From positions 4,800,001-4,864,000 of the forward strand of contig OY769902.1 in NCBI GenBank assembly GCA_963669175.1: 64,000 nucleotides of DNA, written 5' to 3'. Below, piece after piece: positions 59,801-61,874 of the stretch. How positions within the stretch are numbered: the stretch's first letter is position 1; each line of letters opens with the position of its first letter. A program made the translations under genes and the position numbers. This DNA is from a bacterium. Its GTDB lineage: Bacteria; Electryoneota; Electryoneia; Electryoneales; Electryoneaceae. Below the pieces are notes generated by a model. That model did no database searches and had not been told where the DNA came from. It saw only the letters and a list, made by a program, of their open reading frames with translations.

Positions 59801-61601
59801 GCGATGCGCCTGTACGTGCAATCGCCGCGATATCAACATCACCGTCATTATCAAAGTCAGCCGGCAGCGCAATTTCAGCCCAGGAGAAGCTGGATGTCAG
59901 AGTGTATTCATTGAATACGTAATCGCCCTGGTTCAGCCAGTAGAAGACCGAATTCAGTGAACGGGAAGTTGCAATAATATCCAGGTTGCCATCTGAATCG
60001 AGATGAGCAGCAGAAACACTATTCAGGCCGGAAAGAACTGAACTGACTACAGTTTCTGTGAAGTCCTGGGCTCCGCCATTGACCCACAAACTGACCTTGC
60101 TACCGGTCATGGACGCGGCAAGCACATCCATATCGTCGTCATCATCAATGTCAACGATATAAACATAATTATACGGTACTGAGCCATCGTCGAATTCATG
60201 CTCAGTGAAAACCTGGTCCCCATCATTTTCCCACCATGACAGCCCACTGGTTGTAGCTTTCGCGCTGACAATGTCCATGTCTCCATCATTGTCCATATCC
60301 GCGGCAACTGCGTGGTACGCGCTGGCATAGGAGTTGGAAATGGTATTCTCTGTGAATTGTCCGGCGCCGTCATTCGCCCACCAGGCAAGCTCACCGCCCA
60401 GGTAGGCTGCGCTGATAATGTCCAGGTCACCATCAAGGTCCACATCAGCCAATGACGTGGAGATAACACCGCTGAAAGTGGAGGTCACAATATTCGCTGT
60501 GAACCCCTGTCCGTTTCCGGGATTCTCCCACCATTGGATCGTATTGCCGGAGTAGCCGGCGGTGACAAAATCGAGATCTCCATCCCCATCAATATCGCCA
60601 GCCACTACATCTTCAGCACCGTCAACACCGAATGCAATTTGTGAAGAGGTCCAGTTGGATGCATCTACCGTTTCGGCCGTAGTAAAGGACCAGATTGGTC
60701 CTTCAACTGTCATGCCGTCAAAGGATGAGACGATCTGCCAGTAATAGGTCGTGTTGGCATCCAACGCTGCATAGGTAATTCCGAATACGTCCTGACTGTT
60801 GGAGGTTCTTTCCCAAATCTGGGTAGAGGGTGGGTAAGAGGTTCCAAAGCAGATATTATAATAGACAGTTGAACCTTCCAGGCGTCCGCCCAGCCAGCTT
60901 AGATCGAAGAATCGGGGTACACCGGTCGCGCCATCTGCCGGGTACGGAGTATTCGGAATATTGATGTCGGTAATAAAGAAGGAACCACTTTCAGCATAAC
61001 CTCCATAATAATCAGAGATCCACAGGGCATAAGAACCGTATTCAGTTAAATCTTCAACACTTATGGTCCATGTAAAAGAAGTTTCCGTTAATCCTGTTGC
61101 AATCATCGTTTCGTTGCTGAGCATAATATCGTAGGGACTTGATCCTCCCGTCCATTCAATTGTTACTTCATCACCGACAGCGTAGGTTTCTTCACCTACT
61201 GGCGAGATGATATTGATATCACCTCCAGTAATGGAAAACCAGAAAGTGGACATGGACTGCGTTTCATTCCATTCCTCATCACGTGCCCGGACATACCAGC
61301 TATGCTCACCGGCTGAGACGGTCAATTCGGCATATGGATCCGAGAGACCACTTTCCCAAAGTGCGTCGTCAATGTACAGGTCGTAAACGATTGATCCTTC
61401 TTCAGGGTCAGTCGAAATACCCCATTCAAAATAGACAGCGTTGCTCTCCAGGTTCGCACCATTGGCAGGCGACAGCAAATCAAATTCTGTCGGGAACTGG
61501 GCAAATGCACCTCCGGCCCACCCCAACACCATCGCCATCACCGTGAACCCGGTGACCAACATTCTCTTTTGCGTGCTGTACTTCTTCATAAGTCGACTCA
61601 C
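26820..61601 (-). CDS. Giant (11,593 aa) T9SS-type secreted surface protein: ~16 FG-GAP/VCBS propellers, ~45 FN3-like modules, 4 Ig-like modules, LamG, carboxypeptidase-regulatory-like domain and type A C-terminal sorting domain
   Basis: Uninterrupted 34.8-kb ORF; signal peptide ending GAFA-Q (start GTG 61601 or ATG 61589). About 100 DxDxDGDxD...W(W/Y)END blades; FxLxxP...YYWKVxAxD...WSF modules; LamG at ~54225-54880; CTD 'YPNPFNS...VFNLLGRLV...SGVYFIQV...RKAVLVR'. Domain counts are manual. Confidence 0.93.
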   Translation of the reverse strand: MSRLMKKYSTQKRMLVTGFTVMAMVLGWAGGAFAQFPTEFDLLSPANGANLESNAVYFEWGISTDPEEGSIVYDLYIDDALWESGLSDPYAELTVSAGEHSWYVRARDEEWNETQSMSTFWFSITGGDINIISPVGEETYAVGDEVTIEWTGGSSPYDIMLSNETMIATGLTETSFTWTISVEDLTEYGSYALWISDYYGGYAESGSFFITDINIPNTPYPADGATGVPRFFDLSWLGGRLEGSTVYYNICFGTSYPPSTQIWERTSNSQDVFGITYAALDANTTYYWQIVSSFDGMTVEGPIWSFTTAETVDASNWTSSQIAFGVDGAEDVVAGDIDGDGDLDFVTAGYSGNTIQWWENPGNGQGFTANIVTSTFSGVISTSLADVDLDGDLDIISAAYLGGELAWWANDGAGQFTENTISNSYASAYHAVAADMDNDGDMDIVSAKATTSGLSWWENDGDQVFTEHEFDDGSVPYNYVYIVDIDDDDDMDVLAASMTGSKVSLWVNGGAQDFTETVVSSVLSGLNSVSAAHLDSDGNLDIIATSRSLNSVFYWLNQGDYVFNEYTLTSSFSWAEIALPADFDNDGDVDIAAIARTGASLSWWENDGYASFVEHTLDNAYSGPTGLTICDVDGNGTQDLLTCTFGGSVDFWEIDSNLSPGAFSLASPSDGSTVYSADLAWYSSTDPEGDNVEYWVIYEENAGGGGGLDEFFYGEADSVYVGTDTTYTLTGLLYSYYTWYVKAVDSFGAATYSTENWGFELDEPLVFTSPVAEAMFVQDQTVSIEWTGGEYGETVDISLTGGNYTNEQIASGVDAESGVYNWQIAESLNGTSLAEAFDYVLTLTSSGGGTFNSGVFGIILPLDFTQHIADQTNDSTGFIDVADFNNDGDLDIVATSPSGEGMGYLAWYEGDGQGSWTYHPIATTAGNERQVLAVDMDFDGWMDIVYCSTTDGIWAYINNGDDTFTLQTISGSHNATYIDNSGEDHYSRQRIVSVDPDNNEVLIHSYDGEGSFIQVTVSNTINIPSSVDYCDLDEDGIMDVLATSLGDHAIIWYQGSDPWTYSGTVLQSGVSGAYSVRAVDLDQDGDLDVLYSQVSSSTGVSWLENDGSENFTNHTLPGPGFIYMVDAADLDGDGDKDLYAVSDYNDVYWIENTGSMSFAPHAINSPSGTAVWMVHGDADGDSNMDLFLGDYGGGQFEETIYWYENQTGGGEVQGADPFAFSLLSPSDGQTVADDATLTWEATSDPDQTTVSYWVVWATDPGFTTRDSANAGEGTSWTLPGWENGTRYWRILAEDENGGLTYSTETWSFIVSDADFLEHVIDNSFSEPVSVYTADVNGDGDKDVIGAALLGDEIAWWENDGTLDVANWTKHTVDNVFDETRSVHAADMDNDGDIDILGAATLGDQITWWENDGGAGTTWITHNVDGAYDEARAVYAADVNGDTYMDIVGAGGGPDGVGSVTWWENDGTNVVANWTEHTIGTSFGEAGTVYATDIDGDGDVDVLGGAWYGDEIKWWENDGGNGTAWIGHSVDAAFDGVRHVYATDMDGDSDVDVMGAARYANSITWWENDGTNVVSNWTEHTVTSTFTDARGIHAKDMDGDGDVDILGAAITDNTVAWWENDGTNNVENWTEHVLSNTFNGARCVFADDIDNDGDNDVLGAARLDNAIAMWENTTGGELNENITVNYPIGGESFVINQLIPITWSNATPGETLTIMVSGGNFSGEVIESGVSVNSAPYNWSIPDALNETETIAASDYVITIVENGSRISANSGTFSITDIPISFAGGIVQMEHDSTAFIDVGDFNQDGWLDVVATNPAGNDGYIYLYLNNGDGSYSENEVTNSLLNGRFIHTVDLNQDGYPDIVASTEFSFGLHAYYNNHDTTFTSLEIAAEYASESIATGDFDGNSYPDIVAANPDQGTLDLWLNDDGETFSYTEVASGLGMPYSVAVADLDENGYQDILVTDISNLTMYWYSHSGGQVFTQHDLLAGLEIPYLVSPDVADLDQDGDLDISLVLMAETGGPFWMENDGSENFTPHMIMAVPNMFCFRIADLNADGIPDFYGTSTSAPIPLWFQGLGDTTWVAHAAGEAAIMGMPVWMAAGDMDNDIDLDLFLGDYSMGGGQGYTIYSYENDLDPVNNAPTAFSMISPADGATISDSPHSFTWEDNSDPDGHALTWWVYFSTTSDLLTDRDSISTDVEYISIAIDTMILDQTYYWTVLASDGYIGGDTWASDTLSFTIEDNPYINLVAFYPYSGDADDASGHERHATEYGGPVLVEDRFGNTDAAYYFDGTDDQIRTSYDAAFYPTSLSASAWVKVESLPDASFNYIMSTCGSGTNPPYDPFRLCIDGEGFPSVHIESQNNAASGTVGGSNPVSFDRWHLVTATVDGSTGAVLLYVDGVLDASDTFGFAPGTGSSDFVVGATSDDGNGAMQFFNGAIDGVRFYNDVLTAAEVEAIYTEGGWNGDYDPLTLTYPTGGETFVFDQTVPITWTGGATGDLLTFTLSGGEVSDAPMVSDIAVEDGVYPWNVSELMNDYTIVAASDYVITVTASPSGDFVSSDPFTIEDPSISFAQSIVQAEQDSTAFIDVADFNQDGWLDVVATNPAGLVGYVLVYVNDGQGGYADVQVTPSLPSGRFVKAVDVNQDGYPDIVATSDDASGMFLYTNDQDMTFTPSQIEGEYTVRSIDTGDLDNDGYPDLVTTAMGGSFTRWMNDGSGNFSGTSLDYNISIPNTVVIEDLDGDGWNDIVLTDYGYETVAWLQNSNGSSFSYYQVLPSSSLSMPQGLAVGDMDDDGDMDIVVAEYDSEGYMYWLENDGNESFTQNFFAEMPYMNSIGVADLDGDGYLDAYSASPAAPFVVWYQSLSGSAWVPHMAGMVMGGTAQMAVHGDADSDGDIDLFFGDYAGGYGDIYTIYVLENDLDPPNNAPRNFALISPFDEAVVTDDPVTFNWENLGDPDGDPLSWWLYLSTSPDMTADRDSIHVYSYSYPIDLSEFANGQTYHWTVLATDGLSTGMTWASDTLSFTTWTGLFAMQTMFTATAPGYLTAGDIDLDGDRDLLVTSQDEGYLHAYTNDNMAMTLDAISGSMAMPWDPAIIDLDFNNQPDIVIADELGGEVGLVHQFISSGQMSFYDFDVAFAFAPTFVAVADLDLDGDWDIIHNSSMEITDVYWQENIGSIDGVPQYIEHYLVEDYRCQYGAAGDIDNDGDEDILLGGNDYPAVAWIENYGDGTFSELQSTNGLQSSVTWCDLVDMNQDGFLDALLINPEEGKMTIQYYESGNADFGVDQILCYDITTGISRAAAYDVDEDGDVDIVALWPSQNSVYWYENLGSPDYQYTAHNIGGIASPMDIVIDDFDSDGDADIAASSFGDNAVYWWENLTDEVNGAPPSIPELATPYPDQTITTSEVTLTWDRSSDPDGETASYTVFYSPLATFAQAVGWTGVGSDTSATLTGLANGTYYWTVVAEDPSGDVQQSSQIYFFNMDVSHFTQQDLVDDGGDIINLVGYDEDSDGDLDVLTADYTGNSVQWYINNEGLLTFQSVGNLSHATSVDAADFDGDGDTDIIAGKTQAVGFYTYYSNNGDGSYQSTSISSSRTFECQFVDIDADNTMDIVATLEGALTQLSPDGEGGLTQTDIGESDAYGMDIGDWNLSGLLEVVTSGYDESNVLKYYEQYEPGGFTVETICDTFVNGYDIAGGDFDQDGVTDAAAISTTPGTGLVVYMHRNESWIPVLVDTGMRGKRVRTGLINDDAYLDIVATGYDIDEVAVYLNDGTGLSWTRESLGSIGSPVALDLVDWDDDGSLDILVGTETDSIRLYLNDFPEPPEQAPGVPALVYPTNGETFGYDVVTLQWGESIDPQGQAVDYTVIWALDAGFTTGVGYADQLDQLQYPLYALEDFTTYYWKVRAVDEQGYWTESEARSFTTEFGQGVLLDEYLVMETPGTHSGASPFDMDGDGDMDAVVISESSHSLSWYENDGAFNFTEHTIDAYFGENVWVDDIDGDGDGDVAVISFSAENVGWYEQTAPGTFTFHELGAHASGQWVEVRDVDEDSDLDIIAAFETASGVYWYENDGSTPPNFTEYMVGNAGDVSGPWDCEAIDFDGAGGVDIIVPDYVGNTLGWFQNDDAETFGYTDIATLIAPHSVAVADFNLDTYKDIVVACEGSFPDYNGSQVIWFENDGGLSFYNSHQLSSGSYSCVNVGDFDGDGDTDIAAGSWNEAVAGWYENIDGSVMTWHPLLSGENCTEIQIIDADADGDDDMLVTTTAGVYWFLQGGISNTAPATFALISPADEYLTDMTSIACSWDASIDPDGDDVTYTLIWSTSPTFSSNVDSTEGLTNTSSVLIDLADRNFWYWKVRAYDPSGLGIESETSHSLYLNLNGVVNDPLTVVDADLHYGTAVSTGDVDHDGDIDIVATGASNGVVWYENDGGYFGSQELLYNLTSSENDVCVSDLNGDTYDDILFVGRAPNAAGSVAWLENQGGTFSFHSINSTLNSPTDARGADFDGDGDIDVAATINGSPNQATDGELIWFRNDGNGSSWTTLTIDAGLEGATSLEPVDMDDDGDVDILATGETNNDLNWYENDGSGSFTTHAITHSLNRPSRIWPGDMDGDGDVDFAVVAFVSDVLAWFENDGSESFTYHLVEDQLNGASVVYGGDTDLDGDIDLFAGANLDNLVMEFRNNGNMEFTRIVYTAFDSGPEDVLLADIDNDLDLDFLAVAKSENKLSMWENDASDFLPTGFDLTYPLAGSVIQESSTWLRWQSSMDPQGFGGITYKVQWTTGDEYDPWQVAYTPADSFYLAGLEDDSLYYWNVTAIAESGLEMEANSEESFSINMPNDPRGRTTEFASSIMGAFNAASDLLPEDVDFDGDVDMIAVSYTNSTIGWYEYDSDSETWTYHLIDDTEASATVVKLGDISGDGIDDILIGRDTFPYLIAYVNDGAGSFTGVPVGEVPGPITDFEVGYFLGNSSIQLVLGCTDDSLFFIGDNVQFIHADWPVDNIEVLDFDQDGYLDIVCNGTADAGEPSVWWMEGTGDEMIEHGIEYSQTSIPDISMLKLDGSDNWHIAGVNPATSGSVWWENDGSMNFTYHHLFGGGTGYTDIETADIDRDGHEDLLFNRSDVLYCLYNLDGMLTGFQVYGISVTQTNGVFATADLFDTGYKDVITFNAGLNELVVNSNTSTFKLTSPPVGSWSDGESVTLEWEEVTDPDPLDNIGYWLKWATNAAFDLNVDSMLVYDTTATLENLSNMNTWFWSVTAVDQNGGRLEPASLRYVFVRDLEYSGRPTFPNGETTVDNSLVMASDGVKGDFNRDGYLDFAVAWNGSNTIRVYFNDGTGSFTTQDVTTSLDLVQTLSVVDVDQDGRPDLVAGCSNSTLGQDHLVWFRNGSGAPIVWTEYFIDDGFPNVFSVRAVDMNGDSYPDIVAASYTTGQVGWYEHSQASPPSWTFHLVASQANAFSLAIDDIDGDGDKDILAGAQSEGGNVAWYENDGSGNFSAHSVTTSNNYTQHVFIADVDGDGYNDLLTTSDGDGNIKWWASDGATPPNFSNGVTITNGFLEATDVKAFDFDADGDVDILGAAQGSGEIRWWENDGNPAPSFTMRTIGSLTGAADIISGDFDLDMDADIVGLGFAGNVVKLWENFPTTEFDPPNAFSLVSPANEATVTTHTPELSWNETEDPDSPTFLYALFWSFSASFDADVDSVILAGTSFTLPWQQDDQTLYWKVLAFDDEGNETWSDQTWSFDISVPDAPRGPEMVWSRSTLNDELISLRDALPVDVDGDGDIDIATTHDTDEANRFHLLRQNASGVFNEYDVPNGTALSTTYGAVPVYLDPDDYIDFVVVDKSNNRLYIYWGDASGYFSTSQPLLAGLSQPNSAIAGDFDLDGDMDLAVTNEGTNDAVLLINDGTDPPSFSSQLILDGEDNYYFNKVVAGDMDRDGDLDLVIQKTSSGGSGYVIIAENNLYDGFGFTEHTALSVNSPSGLNLADVNDDGKLDILVANNGNSTVFWAQNNDNFAFTAYALPGTVDTPSMIDAADYDADDDLDLLTGSYIDNTYYLYTNDGTNTFTQSEIDVQSGHQSMSNRWSDLDGDGDIDIVVSEIAFGAYWYEQSYPFALLGPEDGSIINSTELTWQTVTDPDPGQTIEYVLQYTTDPTWQANVWTTVISDTFYTYNSWEEGETTYWSVIARDNTYQHQLWAQDTLSFIYENVDSPNPFSLAAPANQSEFASRSVVVSWDLTTDPDVGDSVEVYIVQWSSDPTFNTDLHWATTDNDSLRITGLMDELTYSWRVRAMDTQGNITPSGETWTFDIELDEPPVGSEMFWTKSVIDNDNNEYNDMLPMDFDEDSDIDIIGAAGLDDFNKALRFTNNNGFWDDGGIPGNTDLSSPPEFAIGDFNNDLVEDIVIISRNDHTVKLYLGDGTGNHTPLTVTEEIVGATGIATGDFNLDGALDIAVGSNTGDSLVICLGDGQYPPSFTFVIIPTYSNPLSLDAGDIDDDGDLDIAVGAHGAVGWMENTGFDAGDIWTQHDLQNPFNFAQDIVVEDMDADGDLDVLTANNDATGFITWYENAGGGTFSSQSTLPGNYNGIPQVWVADYDEDGDKDVFVPGYNDGIICVYQNDGYQNFTADTLDTYAEGNGRAVISGDFNGDGWIDIVAADQYNGLYQYNRSSRFATTYPGWADSVQTLQPTITWEEVLETDPDDSVFYSLVYAYSDPNLEEATTVSPIWDTEYTFPYGDLANGDEVYWAVYATDTQDNEIASDTSMFVVNLDAAFTSHQIFFAEGPVNAIGRGDVDQNGTEDLIYIDPDADQLLIQYNDGMGNFTQDVAFPNYYADPKKYIVVDFDGDEDMDILNLNTNFVDIFENEGDGNFGAPIALLTVSGVTDFEVFDYQGDGDLDFVAVGPSTVRLGVSDGEGVVTGTIISDVIGGSEVEVTDLNNDGYDDIVMVVNANDNVIGWTYVEGSGYTSNTVLGSMNNPTSLEIVDFDDDGNEDIVVGSDDGLAWLDYTGVFSYTLYLIDESYTGVTDIVAVDIDWDGDVDLLTSSDYNADEEVTLWMQNVPLTLDRQPIAEFYSFPASLDWADFNGDHMPDVLVMEQSGGLARWYDNLIETPVNPHYPAAPLLTYPEADATVEEMAVVLTWDVPEDQDVTDRLYYVVRSAEDPYLTVNVDSFLTYSPFHKLADLTNSQNYYWAVMAHDVNSGGVWSDTLHFLVNYNSAPGAFALLSPENGITLDTPDTTFSWEEAVDDMPPGDHVVYTLWLATDASFTDNLFTYATDNTSFSVSGLLDNTTWYWKVRAVDEWGAETWSTETWSIDVNIPDLPQGPEIELLPEGVILSGLTNARDVKVVDLDQDGDSDLVVCGDGASELTWLDNDGSNNFTETVIASEYGGVNDVSIADLDDDGDLDVAAVTNANEVSWFENDGSQTFTRHDLSTDFTAPSHIEVGDLDNDGDIDIVAGAYTSWGKVFENNGDGTFTEYDQGPGLVGAIELVDVNNDGIRDIVYQHGGNPGSVTWYEVPDGDFSALTSNTVTTAVVGAADVMVGDINGDGWRDFVVPIDDPQNKIVWYENQNAESYVEHEVALNTGLAWDGELADLDVDGDLDIIVSGAQDGDMVWYSNDDGTGTSWTAHEFVTGLDLASAIRAVDLTGDHAPDLVGMDYYGDEVMWWSNTSPFSPISPDTATVMLVDEERVFTWQSVTDPDPGDEVTYSLIYSTDPTFETADTLDSIADTSFSFVTGSFADDQTYYWYVQALDTNTDGLTSENVFWFETDYSEPPAAFSLNLPVDEDTVRADTVAVSWNRAIDPDPADTTLSYTVFWSQDPTFSEVVFDSTVGDDTTLVIRELSDDSIYYWKVLAQDSNTEGTESTETWSFAVYIYDVPGEFSLLTPTDTDTVYADSATVEWNTALEIDPGDSVIYWVYYGLDAAFTAETYDSVSTEDTTLVLHELMDDSTYYWKVWAQDTNTEGTWSTETFQFFINILEPPAAFSLNLPVDEDTVRADTVAVSWNRAVDPDPADTTLSYTVYWSEDPAFGIGVQDSTVGNDTTLVLRNYKDDTTIYWKVHAQDSNTDGTWSSETRSFDVYIYDEPFAFNLLTPTDEDTVYADSATVVWNTAFEADPGDSVIYWVYYGLDALFTAETYDSLSTEDTTMALYELMDDSTYYWKVLAQDTNTEGVWSDSTFQFHINILEPPSAFSLNLPVDTDTTHADTMAVSWNRAIDPDPADTTLAYTVYWSFDPAFVEGVFDSTVGNDTTLVLRGLEDDMTYYWKVHAQDSNTDGVWSTETWSFDVYIFDAPGEFSLLTPNNEVTVYTDSATVEWNTALEVDPGDSVIYWVYYGQDILFAADSYDSLSTEDTTLVLHELMDDSTYYWKVWAQDTNTEGTWSSEDFQFHVSILEPPSAFSLNSPANGEEIHDVTTVVSWYRAVDPDPVDAELAYTVYWTMDPNFIEGVFETNVGNDTSFTIPELADDNTYYWKVHAQDSNTDGTWSSETFEFSVYIYQPPNSFTLIEPADEDTVVTLRPTLIWEEATDPDPGEELSYDVIWSINDDRFGDPQMASGISATQYTFAGDLPDDATIYWYVIARDPQDSTFATDTWSFLVGQPEAPLAFSLLSPTDEDTSHTGSATFTWAETTDPDPEDVIVYTLWLATNTGFTQNVRTFSTLGTSVTVADLMDDRTWYWKVKANDGITTGTWSNEVWTLDTYIQNTPRGETTDFVYVEDMGTGLSQPDQGQLVDLDQDGDLDVVVNQRIGSDLHWYENDGFGNFTDHTISPGVPNAHDVKAGDMDGDGDIDLVATPGGNGVVWLENDGAQNFTQHPIVLDVSGQGYIGLGDLDNNGYLDIVTGESGGTIYFFENTGGVFNAYPLLNEVSNNGAFHVVDIDNDGTLDVLVPFNDAISFFNIANLAQGGAAVTDIVTGLSGVQAAHAVDINWDGLLDVVSMDAANYDLTWYQNSGQVWTAHTLDDATGPARGIGSGDFDLDREMDVVANIADGNMLWGWLNQGGPWEAPWPHVSGDSNFGYGHAVLVGDLDGDFAPDLVVPSVNNGTIRWYRNVAPFTLAQPESGYVMLADQDLQLSAESVTDPDPGDYVYYGYFWSDDPTFENDPYYVMSAGQHYTIPAGMLQDDTRYYWYAVAYDENGDTLKSEEVWYFDTEFYEAPEEFSLVSPADLDSTHADTVQLVWNGTTDPDPADEILTYWVYWSQNPSFEAESYDSVSTLDTTLVLHELDDDSTYYWKVWAQDSNTNGTWSTETWSFDVYIYDEPLAFDLLTPEDEDTTYSTSANVEWEVAVETDPGDSVIYRVYWSYDALFSTDTVDSVDTEETSATLTDLMDDSTYYWKVWAFDTNTEGTWSSSVFQLHVNILESPEEFSLLSPLDTDSVRVDTVLVTWERTYDPDPVDVELNYTVYWSEDPTFNEGVFEASVGNDTSSVIRDLVDDTRYYWKVLAQDANTDGTWSTETWYFDVYIYDEPLAFDLLTPEDEDTTYSTSANVEWEVAVETDPGDSVIYRVYWSYDALFSTDTVDSVDTEETSATLTDLMDDSTYYWKVWAFDTNTEGTWSSSVFQLHVNILESPEEFSLLSPLDTDSVRVDTVLVTWERTYDPDPVDVELNYTVYWSEDPTFNEGVFEASVGNDTSSVIRDLVDDTRYYWKVLAQDANTDGTWSTETWYFDVYIYDEPLAFDLLTPEDEDTTYSTSATAEWEVAVETDPGDSVIYRVYWSYDALFSTDTVDSVDTEETSATLTDLMDDSTYYWKVWAFDTNTEGTWSSSTFQLHVNILESPEEFSLVSPADLDSTHADTVQLVWNGTTDPDPADEILTYWVYWSQNPSFEAESYDSVSTLDTTLVLHELDDDSTYYWKVWAQDSNTNGTWSTETWSFDVYIYDEPLVFDLLTPEDEDTVYTANELFEWETAVENDPGDSVIYWIYWGFDSEFGAESYDSTDTEDAFVTLTGLQDDSTYYWKVWAQDTNTGGTWSSSVYSFVVRIPNAPLAFNLALPDSGYRSRELDVELHWRSTTDEDPDDTIEYVLWYATDQAFTTDLDSIVGLLDTTTTLVGLTDETDYWWKVRAQDDNTVGTWSTQTWSFTVWTNEPPNAFALIDPADEATVYNDTITVNWHTAVDPDGDDVTYTVEWSAQSDFSELLNATTTDTFYIITDITEVMAMGNEGGDDGGNEETGGIAMNGAVAGGKIRVNPGEGFGEGMETGADDEAGENGGEDELDELPDDAWVYWRVVAVDSEDDSTWADAGETGHSFFVAVAEPPAAFSLLTPDDESAHTEADIDLTWETTTDPDPGDVIEYVVWYASDMAFATDLDSITGLTSATTQLSALTQGQSWYWKVRAQDTNTTGTWSNETWSIYVPIAPESFALLTPADEDTVENDTVAVAWDAATDIDPADVIEYHVEWSNDPTFATLYDTLTAETSYIIHDLADVLMGIGARVNSDNPSGGNELAGIPNGKVISQGEVSGGGEQAPGESAGENELDELPDNTTVYWRVWAEDSYGLSTWADAGENGRWFHVEVPEAPNAFDLTGPADGETVWTGDTTLVWNAATDPDPDDDISYVVWWATDAAFTTDLDSATVTETSFDLTGMMDDVTYWWKVRAQDTNTLGTWSSNVLTLNVYIPDPPVPFALLEPEDGAEVNNDTINVVWNTALDPDPGDVIGYEIQWSGDATFTDFLSATTADTFFEVSSLEEAMAMGIGRNNKPTDDGSDETFMATGSFKVNQDQDRDKGEKNNSNALGGSSNASPIIEGGEVGLDELPDNTTIYWRVKAIDSFTLEAWSTEEETGWSFDVYLFDPPEAFTLVGPDSGAVIRTGDTTVVWQSTIDPDPGDSFSYWLYWSNDVDFADRDSVEVNDTTYTFTGMDDDQTIYWKVRAQDTNTEGTWTDDVWSFDVYIPEAPIAFELAGPDSGFVVHEEFAEVYWDRADDPDPSDTLEYTVEWSLDPTFTDAFSAVTSDTFFVIDELAAVVASHPQGSLGGRVRMERSSGKSGVMMESGRSRGPEAALALVGGLGQALFGGPESELDELPDDITVYWRVTATDLFGLQTQANPLDGWAFDVYQYDTPEAFSLASPADTEVLNGEDALVQWNLTTDSDPGDTLIYWVWFATDALFTENLDSLSTEDDNVLLEDILDGVEYWWKVRAQDTNTDGTWSSEVWSFTTDIPELTGMVTASEGGLAVDGARLSLVDDTDNIWAVYTDSEGAYTFFEVPDGVYDLRVTHTEYATFVQEDVQIVGGDILEMDVVLSDVVEMNLPLSSEGFELISFYLQPLESDALALFNEIDDLLLVYQDDVRMAIPPAVNTIGDVDLTEGFRVLTSSDSRFAITGSPMDPSIEYTLQADKLNLVGYPFDFAVPVETGFEAIMDVVELVRNDDGYTWIPGDAELSDLVTLFPGEGYEVFVSEDVTFSFSSGGWTVATAGKPQLRKPMRIPEGVTRTGLPFTMVVSLNAELAGMGADAIEVLDGDLMVGRANISDGGRTKITIWQGMPKMRLPGFQPGNPVTVQLVDASGGVIASDIIDGPTRFTSGGFAELTLERAIALPTEFMVGSLYPNPFNSTVHMQFGLPSEGDVHVRVFNLLGRLVHEENRYLTAGYHRYMFDAGQELVSGVYFIQVQHGGSVMTRKAVLVR
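32030..34210 (-). repeat. Near-identical intragenic tandem repeats with 621-bp period
   Basis: CCAGCGGTTCATCGTAGAT recurs at about 32030, 32651, 33272 and 33893; protein module order A-B-C-B-C-B-A-B'. Confidence 0.92.
36200..38350 (-). repeat. Older, more diverged two-module FN3 tandem array within the giant gene
   Basis: Alternating 'EPP(A/S)AFSLNLPVD' and 'D(V/E/A)P..F.LLTP' modules with clear DNA similarity. Confidence 0.85.
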
Positions 61602-61733
61602 TGTTTAGGGCCGTCCGGGGTCACTCTTCCCGGCCAGGCATGGCCGGTCTACCCGGGAACGCTCCAACAACGTTGCGGTCCAACCTTCGCCGCCCGGCTG
61701 GTTTCGCTTCAAAACGAAACCTGACGTGCGGCG

Positions 61734-61756
61734 CCACGATATCGTGGACTATATCA
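61734..61756 (-). promoter_or_regulatory. Candidate extended -10 promoter (TGaTATAGT) with adjacent perfect palindrome CCACGATATCGTGG, upstream of the giant gene
   Basis: Minus strand TGATATAGT (61748-61756) is immediately followed by a 14-bp palindrome (61734-61747), ~135-150 bp before the start codon. Confidence 0.4.
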
Positions 61757-61874
61757 AGCGGCGAACTTCTCACCGAACACTTTTTCAACTTCTTCCCGGG
61801 TGCAAGCGCCCGGGCCACACGGTTTTCCTCATCCCGGCCAAGCATGGCCGGGCTACGAAGAACCGAGCGACTAC

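Noticed and set aside
26846-61546. Numerous plus-strand and alternate-frame ORFs inside the giant gene (e.g. 34503-35429, 28959-29699)
   Set aside because: Antisense shadows expected from the biased codon usage of a repetitive Asp/Gly/Thr-rich gene; no independent domain signatures.
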